Below the pieces are notes generated by a model. It was not told where the DNA came from, did no database searches, and saw nothing but the letters and a program-made list of their open reading frames with translations. From Phoronis australis (Eukaryota > Animalia > Phoronida): 64,000 nt of DNA. The stretch covers positions 3,886,102-3,950,101 of the forward strand of contig NMRA01000001.1 of the NCBI GenBank assembly GCA_002633005.1. The letters are read 5' to 3'. Made by a program: the position numbers and the translations under genes. This document shows, piece after piece, positions 24,851 to 37,700 of this stretch. Positions within the stretch are counted from its first letter, which is position 1. The number at the start of each line of letters is the position of its first letter.

Positions 24851-26322
24851 ATGAGACGGCATTCACAAAGACACATGAACTGTTAAAGAAGTCTTAGTCA
24901 TATGAATTAGAGCCGAGCACGGTGCTTACAAGTGAAAATTAAAAAATTTCAGGGGTGAGCAGTTAGTTAAGTATGGACATTAAAGCAAATGAGTACCACA
25001 TATGTGGACGCATAATTCAGGGATATTCCTGGAATGCGCCTTTGAGCCATTAGCATATATAAAAAATAAAAAGGCGCAAGTACATTGCAACAGTGCGCCC
25101 CCTAGGCGCATCTTTTAAAACCCAACACTCTTCAAAAATGCAAGATTCTAGTCAACTTACAGCCAGTCGGGTAAAACATGAGTCTGTTATTTCGATTACC
25201 CTTGGGGGTTTCTGTTTCAAATGACACAACTTTAATTACACTAAGTCTGCTGGACACAACTTTTTTGAAAAAAGGCACACTTTTTATCATCAGGTTTGCC
25301 CAGAGGGCACAAGTTCAAACCTGGTCAGGAATATCATTGATAATTGCTTAGCTACATTTTAGCTTTACTCTATCTGCCCACCATAAAAGAATTATTGAAT
25401 TCCATAGCTCACCTGGGCAGTAGTATGGTCAAATATATGCCTGGTCCTATATTTGAATACTTGACACAAAGGTCCAGTGAATGACATATGTCAAAACATA
25501 ACCCTGACAAGTATACATTAGTTTCAGTACAGCATCTAAACAAACTGCCAAGTTGGTCTAAAAAATATTCACAATATTTCTGTACATAGACAGTCAGTGC
25601 AAACTTTCCTGGCACAAAACAAATGAAAACGCACTTCTAAGTACTTGGCTCATTACATGCAAAGTAATTGCAAAAGCATCTCAAAAAATGCAACTAAGAA
25701 CTGAGCTTTTATCTTGCAAAAATGCTCGCGAGAAATAATCAATAAGTATTACCACGGCTTGTCAACGATGCACAATCAAGGATCCAGGTGTTAAGTTACT
25801 AATGGAATTGTCTGAACTGGTTTTACCACTTAAAAGACTTTTTAAAAATACCTCATTACATCTTACAAGGTTTTATTTTAGGATGTAAGAAACTTTTCTC
25901 ATGAAATGCCAGGCTGTGTGCAGTACAGACACTGCAGATTGATTTTTACTTTAAAACTAAAAAACCATTTTTTGAAAGCGGGCCGACATATCGAAATAAA
26001 GTGCATTTCTAGACCCTGGCGATGGGAGTATTTGATGGACTATGTTCAGCGCCCTCTACAGCTCACCTTAGTGATGGAAATTCAAATTTCAATGCAGTAG
26101 TATTTCACCGAGATTATAATTTTTTTGCAATCACCAAGCCACCAAATTGCTACTGTTATGCACTTGGGATTCACACAACATAAAATGTGTGCAAAACAAA
26201 AGAAATCGGTTAAAACACGTTAATTTAGGACAAAATATGGCAGACAAGGAAAATTTTCTAGCATAGATTTCATGGTTAATGAAGACTTAAGCAATGAGAC
26301 TTTTCAGCATTACCAGCAATTT

Positions 26323-26397
26323 GTAAACTAGGTCATCCGCCAGGTTCTCTGCGTAAACTAGGTCATCCGCCAGGTTCTCTGCGTAAACTAGGTCATC
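26323..26397. repeat. 30-bp tandem repeat, 2.5 copies
   Basis: gtaaactaggtcatccgccaggttctctgc at 26323 and 26353, partial at 26383. Confidence 0.95.
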
Positions 26398-27029
26398 GCT
26401 TATGGACCAGTTAGCGCTTCACTCTTCGCGAGTCTCACTGGAGAGAAGCACCAGGAAGGTTGTTCTACATTTTGTAGCCCAAATTACCAAAGTTCAAATA
26501 AATTCCGCTAACTTGAAAGAGGAAAGACAAAACATATTATTACAGATATCTGGCCAATATCATGAGCCACCACTCGTAAGCAAATCAAAGATGTCCTTAC
26601 TCGTTGCCTTATCTCGCACTACCTCAATCGCCTAGTTTTCAGTTCGCAGTGCAACGATACAGTTCTCATAAATTCAACTTGTAATGACCCCTTTCAATTT
26701 TAAACCATGCCCGAAGTACTCGGAAACAAATTATTGTTAGGCAAAACGAGGTTTTTTCCCTGAAGTGCATCGTAAATATCTGAGGTGAGTTTTCCGCAAA
26801 CAGCTACTTTGGTTTGAGAGCTGAATTTTAGCTCCCATACTACTATGGGCCGGGCCGGTCAAGGGCCAATTCCTGTTGTACGCACTACTTATAGCATTGG
26901 AATCAAACTGCTATATATAGAGAAAACGTTTATTAGTACACTGGTGTGAATATTATCAGTGATTTAACCAAAAACTTCGAATTAACTAGACCCACTAATG
27001 TTAGTCTATGATGATAAACTGATATCAAA

Positions 27030-27355
27030 AGGCCAAAATTGGCAATTTTCGGCAACCCCATGTTAAATACAAAATTTTGTCTAATTTTCTTCAAACTCCT
27101 ACATTTCAATCTTGGTTATACTGACATCTGTTGGGTCTATCGGCAACTAACCGCACATGAAAGGCTTGGTCGAAAATTATCGTTTTCTTACATGCACTTT
27201 CGGGTTTTTAGCGGCGATTCCACTGATCGAAGCGACAAAATAAGCCAAAACTTTGGCCATACCATGTTAAACATAAATTTTTTTCCAATTTTGCTGAAAC
27301 TTGGCCACGTTTTTAACAAAATACTTATCTATGTTATGTGCTATCGGCAAATGTG
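27030..27355. repeat. diverged 204-bp-period duplication
   Basis: ccatgttaaa at 27058/27262 and ctatcggcaa at 27137/27341, same offset. Confidence 0.6.
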
Positions 27356-29659
27356 ATTGATTCACAAATAAGACCCTGACGCTGTGTTTTCTGCGAATCC
27401 CATGTATCCTGAAGGGGGCTAACTGAGTGATTTTCGCGCATGCGCAGTTCACGGTTTCAATATTGCTGGTAATGGTGCAATATGTAAAAATAAACTTAAA
27501 AAATAAAATGATCACGACATTTGAAATACATAATGCATCTTCAAGCGAATGACTGGCTAAAACAAAGACTAAACAAATGGAAAAGGATTGGTTGACAACA
27601 AAGTTAACACTGAGACATCAATGCTAAGCTTAGCTCATGGCAGTTTAAGTACTTGACCTATCTGAAGTACTTTAGTCGTGGATGTCTAACCTGCAGTCAC
27701 ATATACTCTTACAGTGACTCTCACTGCTGGATAATGATGCCATTTTCATGTTTGCTGTCACCAGTGGCAATCAAGAAAGTACTTTTTGAGCACTGACATG
27801 AGTGTCGCCAACCTTACCAATAATGTCATAAAAACTATTCTCTTCCTTGAATCAAACTAACAGTTTATGGGTTCTAAAAAATTGATGTTATCCTGCTTCA
27901 AAAATTGTACCACCACCTACTGAAAATTAATATTTTCGCCAATCCAATCAACTTGCATACCATTGGTTTCACTTCATTACCAGTAATTACCAGCAAACCA
28001 AATTTCTGAACAAAATTTTCTTCCACTGCTACCATCAACCGTAAGATATAAAAACTGAGCAACTGGCATGTGTCAAAAACATACAATTTGGAAGTTGACG
28101 ACAGAATTTCTTTTTTACATAAGCAGTAGAGTTATGCAACAAAATTCACTCCCTGCATTTCGGCCCTGATCACTTGTCTACGTTGAGTTCTTAACCAACG
28201 TGTTTTAGGGAACTTAGAACATTACTAGTAAATGCTCATCTCATCTGTAGTCGAATGCACCGGCAACTCAAGTCACAGGCATACACTACATGCGAGATTT
28301 CAGGTTTGGCCAACTCCAATAAAATCTGAAGCGTTTTCTTGAGTAGCTGATGGTTTCCATGTTGGCAAAAGAAACAAGTAATGAAACGAAACTGATTTTA
28401 TGAGAATAAAAGGCCAGATTCTGCATGCATGTCATACAGTTGAGAGCTCCACATGTTGATATGAGTTTCATTACGAGGTGACTGATGAGCAGAACTACTC
28501 GAGCGGTGTGTAATTTTGAAGTTGATATAAATTTTACACGCATCATTCCCTAGCTGTATTTTGACATTAGCCTGCTGGAAGGCTAACTCTTAGTGAGTTA
28601 GTGAGATTCCTATCGAGCTCTGTGGTACCAAAAACTTTTGTATTTTCAACAACAACATGCCGGGACTTCACAAGTGCCAGTTTTGAGCAGATCTTTATTT
28701 ATAGAGTATAGTAATGACACTCTTTGCCTTGACCTCTTTGTAGCCAATCTCATTAACTTGGGCATCAGAACCCATAAAGACAGGGCACAACTGCCACCAT
28801 AGTCTAGAATGAGTAGGTAAACTGCAGAGAAATTTTTCAGTTCTAGTTTTTTACTAGGGACATTCTGGGCTAATTTGCGGAAAACCATCGACACACTGAA
28901 TTTCCAGTGAGACACTGCGACCAACTGGCATACTAAACCTGAGCCCACATTCATAGCTTATTATGTCCTGCCACAGCAATGATGCCTGTCACTCAACCAC
29001 AACCAGCAAAGCAGAACATCTCAAATATCCAACCATGTCAGAAATCAAAATGTTTAAATAAGCATTCAGTCATAAACCACGATAGTCGGACATTACGTCA
29101 CATAAGGGCTACAGCTAAGGAATCTTTCCCACCCTGTTATTATTTGAAAGTGACCTTGATATGAGTTTTTGACTTCTCAGCCAGGCTTGAAATTTGACTG
29201 CCAAATCATTGAAAATAACGATTGCGGAAAAGTGTTCCCCTGAATGAAACTATCAGATACCTTACATAATTTGTTTGCAGATAATTATGACTGCTCTGAA
29301 CTTTTTCAATGCTCCATTTAAAGCATGTCACTCAATCAAAAATCTTGAAGCTGCGCGTGTTTGGTTAAGCAGTTTACATTTCCCAGATCGAACATTGTTC
29401 AAAACCAGGTTGACCGAGTTCAATTTCAGGTCGAATTATGCCAGTTGGTACAATTTTACAGGTCAAAATTGCAAAATCTAGGTTGAACTTCTTGATCCAG
29501 AAGACGTTATGGCAAATCATAGTTTTAAAGTACTACACTTAAGCTCAGAGGTACACACGCAGATAATCTAATGAGACTAACTAGTGCAAAACGTTAGGGA
29601 CCCAGCATAAAATGTCTATTTGGTTATTGTTTACAATCCGACTCTATAAACGTACATAC

Positions 29660-29800
29660 TTGATACCACTATTTTCTGAATCCTCTAGTCACGGTGATTC
29701 CAAAAATGTACTTGTACTGACTGGTCGCTTCTTATTCATAATTTCCGAGTTTTTCCAAGGCGTTCATTTGCAACTCAGATTTAGTGAGGCAGCCATTTTT
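29660..29800 (-). other. candidate non-coding first exon of the ZNF541/TRERF1-like gene
   Basis: YY1-like AAAATGGCTGC on the minus strand near 29790 and donor |gtatgt at 29659-29654. Inference only. Confidence 0.35.
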
Positions 29801-30241
29801 TAAAGTGCGACACCTCTCGGCAGGATTGATAACTAAAAGTTAACCTACAGTGAAGTTAATTCGACGCAAAATGTGTTTCTGTTCGCGTATTTTAGTATGT
29901 CAGTGATATCAGTTATCTTATTACCTAATTCCACTTGTTTGAAACAGTTTGTTGTCTCTAAAACAACACATGTCCCCAATAAAACGAGCCGCAATCATGT
30001 CCGCGAGATGTCAAGTGTTTTCAAAGACGTTATTTGACCGCGAGAACACGCACTCTCGTGTTTTTTCTAAAGAAGTTATGAAGAGGCAATCCTTTACAAA
30101 TGACTATTACTGTTTTTTACTCAGAGTTTCTTTAACATGCCATGTAGTATCTTCACTATACTGGCCAATTTTTGGGTCTTTTTTGACACATGCATGATCG
30201 TTGTAGTTATCATTCCTGCCTAGAGGTGTCGCAGTTTTATA
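29800..30241. promoter_or_regulatory. candidate bidirectional promoter (ZNF541-like / atlastin)
   Basis: Locally CpG-rich, two CCGCGAGA motifs (30001, 30038), and outward-facing YY1-like ATGGC motifs at both ends. Confidence 0.35.
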
Positions 30242-30308
30242 ATGGCGGTCACTCGAGATCGGCTGCCGCAATTGAAACAGTGCATCATGAATAACAAGAG
30301 CCTAATCG
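30242..30308 (+). CDS. candidate alternative first coding exon of atlastin (MAVTRDRLPQLKQCIMNNKSLI)
   Basis: ATG with A at -3 and G at +4. Donor G|gtatga is in phase 1, matching the acceptor of atlastin exon 2 at 32572. Confidence 0.45.
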
Positions 30309-31719
30309 GTATGAGTAATACATTTTTGGAATCACCATAATTACCATGATGAGAGGAGTCAGAAAATATTAATATCAAGTATGTATGTTAATGGAGTCGG
30401 ATTGTAAACAATAATCGTCTATTTTTATTCATTGGCATAAACTTTGATCAGGTACACTGCAATGTCATTGTGTTAGAATCTGAATACAATATAGGCATTA
30501 TCCAATACAAATAAGGAAAGATTACACCCGTTGGCCTTGAGTCATCAATAATAATTAAGCGCTAATAACAAACAGAGAGTGATTAAACTTAGCCCTGTTG
30601 ATGTCGCGCAACAATACAGAATCAAAAACAAAATGTGTCACGACTCAACAGGTTAACTGATTTCAAGGTTTGCGAGCGAGGACATCTGGAGAACATATAA
30701 CTTTAGTACTCAGAAAAACATCCAAAAAACAAGTATAAGAATAATCACATGAATAAAGGCAAGCACTTCAAAAGGGCCCAGTAGCACAAATTCATTAACA
30801 GCTATCCACCCTGCAGGGCGGCCATTGTATTGAAACTGGTGCAATTGTTCTCATTCACATTCTCTGGTTCAAAACATGGAATTCTTGTTTACAATCTCAA
30901 ATTGGCTGATTTGATCAGGATGTCTAAAGTGAGTTCCATGATTTGAACAACAAATCAATAGGTAGGCTCGTCCCCAACTCCAGCCACTTGCCAATGTATT
31001 GGTGTTGTTTTCTCTCTTGTCTAGGTTACAGTAGAGTTCAACTATAAATTTGTCAGCTGATCCAAATTTGCAGTCTAAATTCAGTCAATGATTCGGTCAC
31101 ATACCATATTTACGTTCAAACCATCGCTTCATAGGTGTCCGTGCAGTTGGTGTGATGCACTAAATTTACTAATGGTTTCGGAAGATCTCCAATCAAACGT
31201 ATTTCCGCCTAAGTACGTACACAGATGAAGGCAGGGACGGAGCAAAATGTGAACCGAGCACAGTGACCTCATTTCACCAGCAGACATGAGCTCGTTTCAA
31301 ACTCAAGTTTCCCAACAAGTGCGCATGCAATAGGTACGATTCTTATGTCTTAGTATTCTCCGTATATTTAGGTTTTGCACAGACTTACCAAAAAGCGCGG
31401 ATCGCCCCGGATTTATGGAAATTGCACGATAAAACTGCTGCACCTTTTACTCGATCGCAGATGGAATCGCTATACGTATCAGCTCGAGACGACTTACTTG
31501 TAATATTTTACACATTTGCAAAAATAGTGCAGTTGGTCTTCTTGGCACATCTCAAAGATTTTTTCTATATTAAGAAAGTAAAAGGATTTTTCAGTATATT
31601 TGCTTTTTTAAGGACATATTTTTTAAACTATACATGTCTGTCTGGTTTTGTTACGATAATTTACCAGCTTAAACATTGCTGAAAGAAGTAGTTCTTTAAC
31701 AGGTGCTTCATGGGTAACG

Positions 31720-31727
31720 TGACGTCA
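31720..31727. promoter_or_regulatory. CRE/ATF palindrome TGACGTCA 14 bp upstream of the atlastin ATG
   Basis: Exact palindrome seen; function inferred. Confidence 0.4.
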
Positions 31728-31741
31728 TGTCGAATTTCAAT

Positions 31742-31799
31742 ATGGCAGACGAACTGCGGAATCGGAAAGTAAAGGACACATTACGGCCTTCTGCACCAG
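31742..31799 (+). CDS. ATL: atlastin exon 1 (MADELRNRK...)
   Basis: AATATGG start, CAG|gttaag donor in phase 1. Confidence 0.75.
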
Positions 31800-34700
31800 G
31801 TTAAGTAATCTTGACAGACGGGAACTGGTAGTCTAAACTTGATACAATTCATTTGTCTTGTAGTTTTTCAAGGTGTCAACCTTCCATTCCTGTGACCCCA
31901 GTCAATAGTGACGGTCTCTGCCACTGCTACTCAGTGCCACTGCCACTGCACAGCTGTACTGCTGCCTACTGCCCTACTGGTCTGAGTAGCTGAATTGCCT
32001 GGTCGGATTACGATAGTGGACCTTGATTTGGTGAACCAGAGAATCATGGAATAACGGGGCCAATATTCAGTGCATTAAACTGGTTCTCTGAGGGTCCACT
32101 GTATTCGACCAGTGTCCGCAAGTAGGCAGTACCAACGTCTCAACTGGTCCCGACACAGCCCAGTGCTACTACTAAGTCTAAGATACTAGTCAGTGCCACC
32201 GTCTCAACTATTAGAATGAGATAATTTGATGAAAAGCTTCCGGTGTATGGAGGGTCTATGGGTAGACATTGCCACCATCTCAACAACTGTAGCGGCAGAG
32301 ATGGTGACTTGACTAGACAATGACCATCGTCTAGCTCTACTCTAGCTCTACCCAGCACCATCTTTTCATCAAAAATGGCTCGCTGATGATTTTGTTTGTC
32401 TGTGCGGGAACTTTTTGGGAAGAAATCATGATTGAGAGGGTATTTGTTTGAGTGGGAAAGGATTTAAACAAAGGGGCTCTTATTGTTCATTCAGGGATGA
32501 CTTGAATTGACTAACAAGTCATTAATTCATTGTTCCTAAAAATCTTATTCAGTCTTCTCATCATTTTCCAGTTGATGCTCAGGGAGACAAGCTGCGAGGA
32601 CATCCTGTAGAAATTATCAAGTCGAAAGATGATCACACATTTGAACTTGATGAGGAGGCCTTGGCAGATGTATTGCTGCAGAAACACATTGAGAATAAGA
32701 AAGTCTGCCTTGTTTCAGTAGCTGGTGCTTTCAGGAAGGGCAAATCATTTCTTTTGGACTTCTTTCTTCGTTATCTTAGTGCTCATGTAGGTATTATGTC
32801 CTATTTGAACCAATACTTGTGTCAGCTGCTGAAAAAGGTTATTTAAAGGGATAGAACCATTGGTTAAGCATCCTAAATTTTCATTTAGATGTCACATACA
32901 TGATAGACAATCCTGGGATCTACAAGATAGCTCACCAGTGATGCGTTCTCTAAATTAACAACGTGGTTGAATTATGCCACTTGACATGAACAGGCAACAA
33001 CTTCAGTTGTATGACATGTGTTTATGGAAACTGGCAGCAGTCGCTACAAACTGGCTGTTTACCTTTTTGAGTACCCTGTGTTAGCCAGAGTATGGTACGC
33101 ATCCATCAACACAACTTGTGTATGTGACTGTCTTCAACTTAGTTTGTGTCTGACATCAGCAGCTTGTCCGATACTAGTTTACTGCGGTGATTATAAAAGC
33201 GGGGACTTGGTGTGGCATGCTTTTGATCGCAAGGTTTATAAACTTCTACAGAAATGTATGGGTCCATGTCTTTGTGACCAGTGTATATATACCAAAATTT
33301 AGAGTTATGCGTTTTGCTGCACAGGGTCATGAGGGATGGCTGGGTGATGACAACTCTCCGCTCAGTGGATTTTCATGGCGTGGTGGATCTGAACGAGACA
33401 CCAACGGCATCCTATTGTGGAGTGAGGTGTTCGAGGTGAAGCTGCCTGACGGTAATGATGTGGCTGTGCTGTTGATGGATACGCAAGGGGCCTTTGACAC
33501 TCAGTCAACAGTGAAGGACTGTGCCACAATATTTGCATTGAGTACTATGCTTAGCTCTGTTCAGGTGAGCAAATTAAGATGGTCAAAACTTTATAAACAC
33601 TGCGATTTGGATGTGATATTCGTGTAAATAGCTATGTGACTTATAAAAATCAAATTATAGGTTTGCTGTTAAAAAAAACAATCATGAAATATGATTTGGA
33701 AGTTGTAAACCTCAAAGACGAAATTTTTAGATGAATGAGTCTGTTGATCAGAAATGCGTTATGTAATTAGATGCTTTTGTCCTGTGACATCCTTCCTGGA
33801 CTATGAACTCAACTAGACACTTTCGGTTGATATCTGCTCAGTGTGTGTGACAATCCACAAATCTTCCATACATTTCAATTTTATCGAAACTGTGAAGCCA
33901 ATACTGAAGTTGACTTAATTGATTAATTTCACCAATGATTCAGGAGCAAAAAGTAAACATATATTTGTTACTAAACTCAAAAACATTGGTCCAAACAGTT
34001 CCATAATCACCCGCTTGTAGCGCTGCGTAATTGGTGGGGCAGTGTAACCAGCGTGTATCAACAATTTACACTGTTGTGACTGTTGGCAGTGCGAACTCTA
34101 GGCAGCCACCTAGCTGCAACCAATACTCAGCTCTGTTATCAGTTCCCGACAAGCTGTATGAAGACTGTCGTCAAAATACAGCTAAGGTACCAGGACGTGT
34201 TTGAACTTCGTTGGACCTTGAAATTTCACACAGCCCGGGACTGTCCAGGTAGTTCTGCTCGTCACCTCCTGTCGTTATGAAACTTATATCAGTATGCAGG
34301 GCTAACAACTGGCTGATGTGCATGCAAAATCTGGGAGTCAACGGACACTCACTTTGTTTGTTGTAGCCGTTAAAGTGGAAAACAAGCTAATAAACATTTT
34401 CTTTTGCATAATTCTCTGCCTTTTGTAACAAAGAAAAGAGTATGCTCATGACGCGCACACGCGCCATTTCACAACATCTCTTGGGAGATGATGACAGCTT
34501 CGCAGCAGCAAAGTTTGTTCTAAAATTCAGTTTGTAGGTATTAAAATACTAAAAACTTGTAACGAAATGAAACCAGTTCCGATAATTTATTCTGATATGT
34601 ACGCAACCTTGTGGCAGTGAAGAACTATTGATAGAAGAATCGTGGGGTAAAAGAAACTGATCAAGGTCAGGTGACGTAATTGCCGAAAGTCGACCCAAAA

Positions 34701-37700
34701 GAATGCACCTTAATTTTAGCAGCAGAATATCAACAGAACACCTATTTTTCCAACACTGCCTGTAAATAAGTTAGTTTACTCAAGGAAGAGAGTAGTTTTT
34801 AATGACACTAATTTTGTGTCAGATTTTATTTGTCCAATTTTTACCCACATCAGTGCAAATCTATGTATATACAGCTTTGCACCAAGGCTAGGGCAACCGA
34901 TATATTATGCGATGTCCCTCCCCTTAGAAGAAACCTTTTTCGAAGAGTTCGATCAACCAGGTGGCATACAAAAAGGCATGGCGAACCTTTTAAAACACTA
35001 TCATGGCAAACAGTAAAAAAATGAACCGGTGATACAATGATAAAATGTGATGTAAATTTTTAAACTCAATGTCGCAATATGGCACGGCAACATGTGATAG
35101 GCATTCGATGCCCCACCAACCATGTCGGCCAATCAGCAATCGCTGTCAGGATTTCAGTGTTTTGACAATAAATATGAATCAGCTTTTGTTCGGCGTGCAC
35201 TTTGGGTAAATGTGAGTTTTATTTGTATGTTAGAAGCGGTTAACTGCTGCATTATTTTTACTACAGTCATCTTTTGAAATCAGAATGCACACATTCCATT
35301 GCACAATTAGGCGGAAACATTTGCTCAGTCTGTTTGCGAAATTGTAGAAAATCTACAATTTTGTGAAGGCTTAGTTATTAGAACACATTTCTTCTATCAG
35401 AAATTATCTTTGGTACGGTTGACAGAAATCATGGTATTATGACTGGGTGGCATGTGCTGCTGAGCATATTCCAGATTTTTATGAAGATGGGAACTTATAA
35501 AGTTGGGAAAACTGTTGGAGCGTACCTTTAAAGATGACGAGAAAGTGGTCACAATGTCTTCAGATGTGATTCAAATAATTCTATGATCAGTCTTTAAAAA
35601 TGTTAAATTTAGAAACTCCGTTTAATTTGTTTTCTCCATAAACTTTGATAAGTATTATTTTTACCGTCTCAGAGTTGCAATGTTAAAATTGTCTTGGTTT
35701 TGGATACTGTTTCTGTAGTTTGTCTCGACTGTTAACATTGATTCCTAGACTTTCAGTTGTATTTATAATCATTTCAGGTATATAATCTTCACTCTAACAT
35801 ACAAGAGGATGACCTACAACATTTGCAGGTATAATTAGGTCATTGCTTTCGGTTACTTGTGACCCCTTAATAATTGAGACACGTTTGTCAGCAGGTCACA
35901 CGTGTGGCACTGCTCTCTCTAGTGACAATTTTAACTTTACCTCAGTGTTACTCTCTGTTGCCAGTACATTTGAAATTTAACCCATCACCTATTGTGTCTT
36001 AGCTTTTTGCTGATTACACAGTGGGTGCATAGCAACACTCTGTATTGCCTTTGATGAGCATGGAAGTCTTGCATTCTTTGTACATTTTTGAGATTGCATG
36101 AACTGTGTATTCATGTACAAACAAACTCGTTCTCTGTAAAAGACTATACTCCCTGTGTCTACTAGTGAAGCTTGACTACACATTCCTATGTGGGAATCAT
36201 TTGAACAAAATACTTTTAAAAAAATCATTTGTTTTGCATCCACATGTACGTATATGTGGGTGCATATTCCCATCATCTCTGTCTGGGCATCCGGCGTCCA
36301 CTGCTGTATCTCCTAAACTCCTTGCAGTATCTTGACGATTTTTTGCAAGAGAAACTGACGACAGATAATGACAAGTTTCAGACCAATCTGACCACTGCTG
36401 TGTTCCCTAGTGGCAATTTTAGTTTTTCACATTTGCTTCATTATCTTCATAGTTCCTTGATGGATTTCTATGAAATTTGGTACTGCTCAAAGGATCATTA
36501 TCAAGATTTGGAGATGTGTTCCCTGATGAAAAGGCCACAACTGACATTTATTTTCGTACGGGTATGACTACTTGTCGTACCCTAGAGGCGATTTTGTTTT
36601 TTTTTTGCATCTTCGGCCAAATCTCCTTAACCCTTTGAAGGAGGTTTGGGAAATTTGACAGATGTGTTCCTATGGAGCTGACGGCAGATGATAACAACTT
36701 TCAGCCTGATCTGAAAACTTCTGTGTCCTCTAGTGGCAAATTTGTATCTTAAGAGTTCAATGGATTTTCATGAAATTCGGCAAATAGGTTTATATTAACA
36801 AACCAACTATGCGTTTCCAGTTTTGGGCATATTTTGCACCACCTAAAGGCCATGTTTGTTATTTTCATGTCTGTTTTTATCATCTACCTCAGTCTTTATT
36901 TGCCAAACCGCTTAAAGGATTATTATGGAGATTGGTAAATGTGGTCTTTATGAGGAAGCCACAGCTAATGTTGGTTTTTCGGACAGTTTCAACTGCAGTG
37001 GCGCCCTCCTAATAGCAATTTTTTGCGTCCACAGCTGTATCTCCTTATGTCTTTGCAGGAGCTTTGTGAATTTGTGGCAAGTGTTTGATCTGACTACTGC
37101 TGTGCCATCTAGTGTCAGTTTTAGTTTTTACATTTACCTCAGCATTTTTTTGTGAAATTTGGCAAGTAGGTGTCTATTATGGATCTAATGATGTCTAGTG
37201 CCCATTTTCATTCTTTTCTGGTGATATATCTGCCACAGGACTTAAGGATTGTCATGAAATTGGCAGGTTTGTTTTCACTGTCAGGTGTATGGCAGACATT
37301 GATTTTCGGATGGGCCCATCTGCTGAAGTGCCTCATTGTGGCAATTTTTCATCTGTGACTGTATTGCCTAACCCTGGTACAGGACCTTTGTGAAATTTGG
37401 CAAGTGTCTATTACCTTGATGACCGATGGACAAATCCAGTTACCACTCCGCCTCCTTGTGGAATGCGGTTGTTTATGTCTGCCTCTGAATAGTTTTAGTT
37501 GCTCGACATATTGTCATGAAAAATTGCAAATAGTTTTCTATTTCCAATTTTCGGACAGGTTTGACATGTTCTGCATGACATACTGTCCATTTTCAAGATA
37601 CTAATTTACTCCCCTCGAAACATATCGTTTGCTGTGCAGTCATCAGTGCATTTCAATGCTAAACGTTGCTCTTGTTAATTTAGATGCTTTGGCCTAAATA

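Noticed and set aside
34400-35532. Kolobok-like element ending in ...gtaccTTTAA in atlastin intron 3
   Set aside because: Only one candidate terminus is visible; no matching TIR or boundary found.
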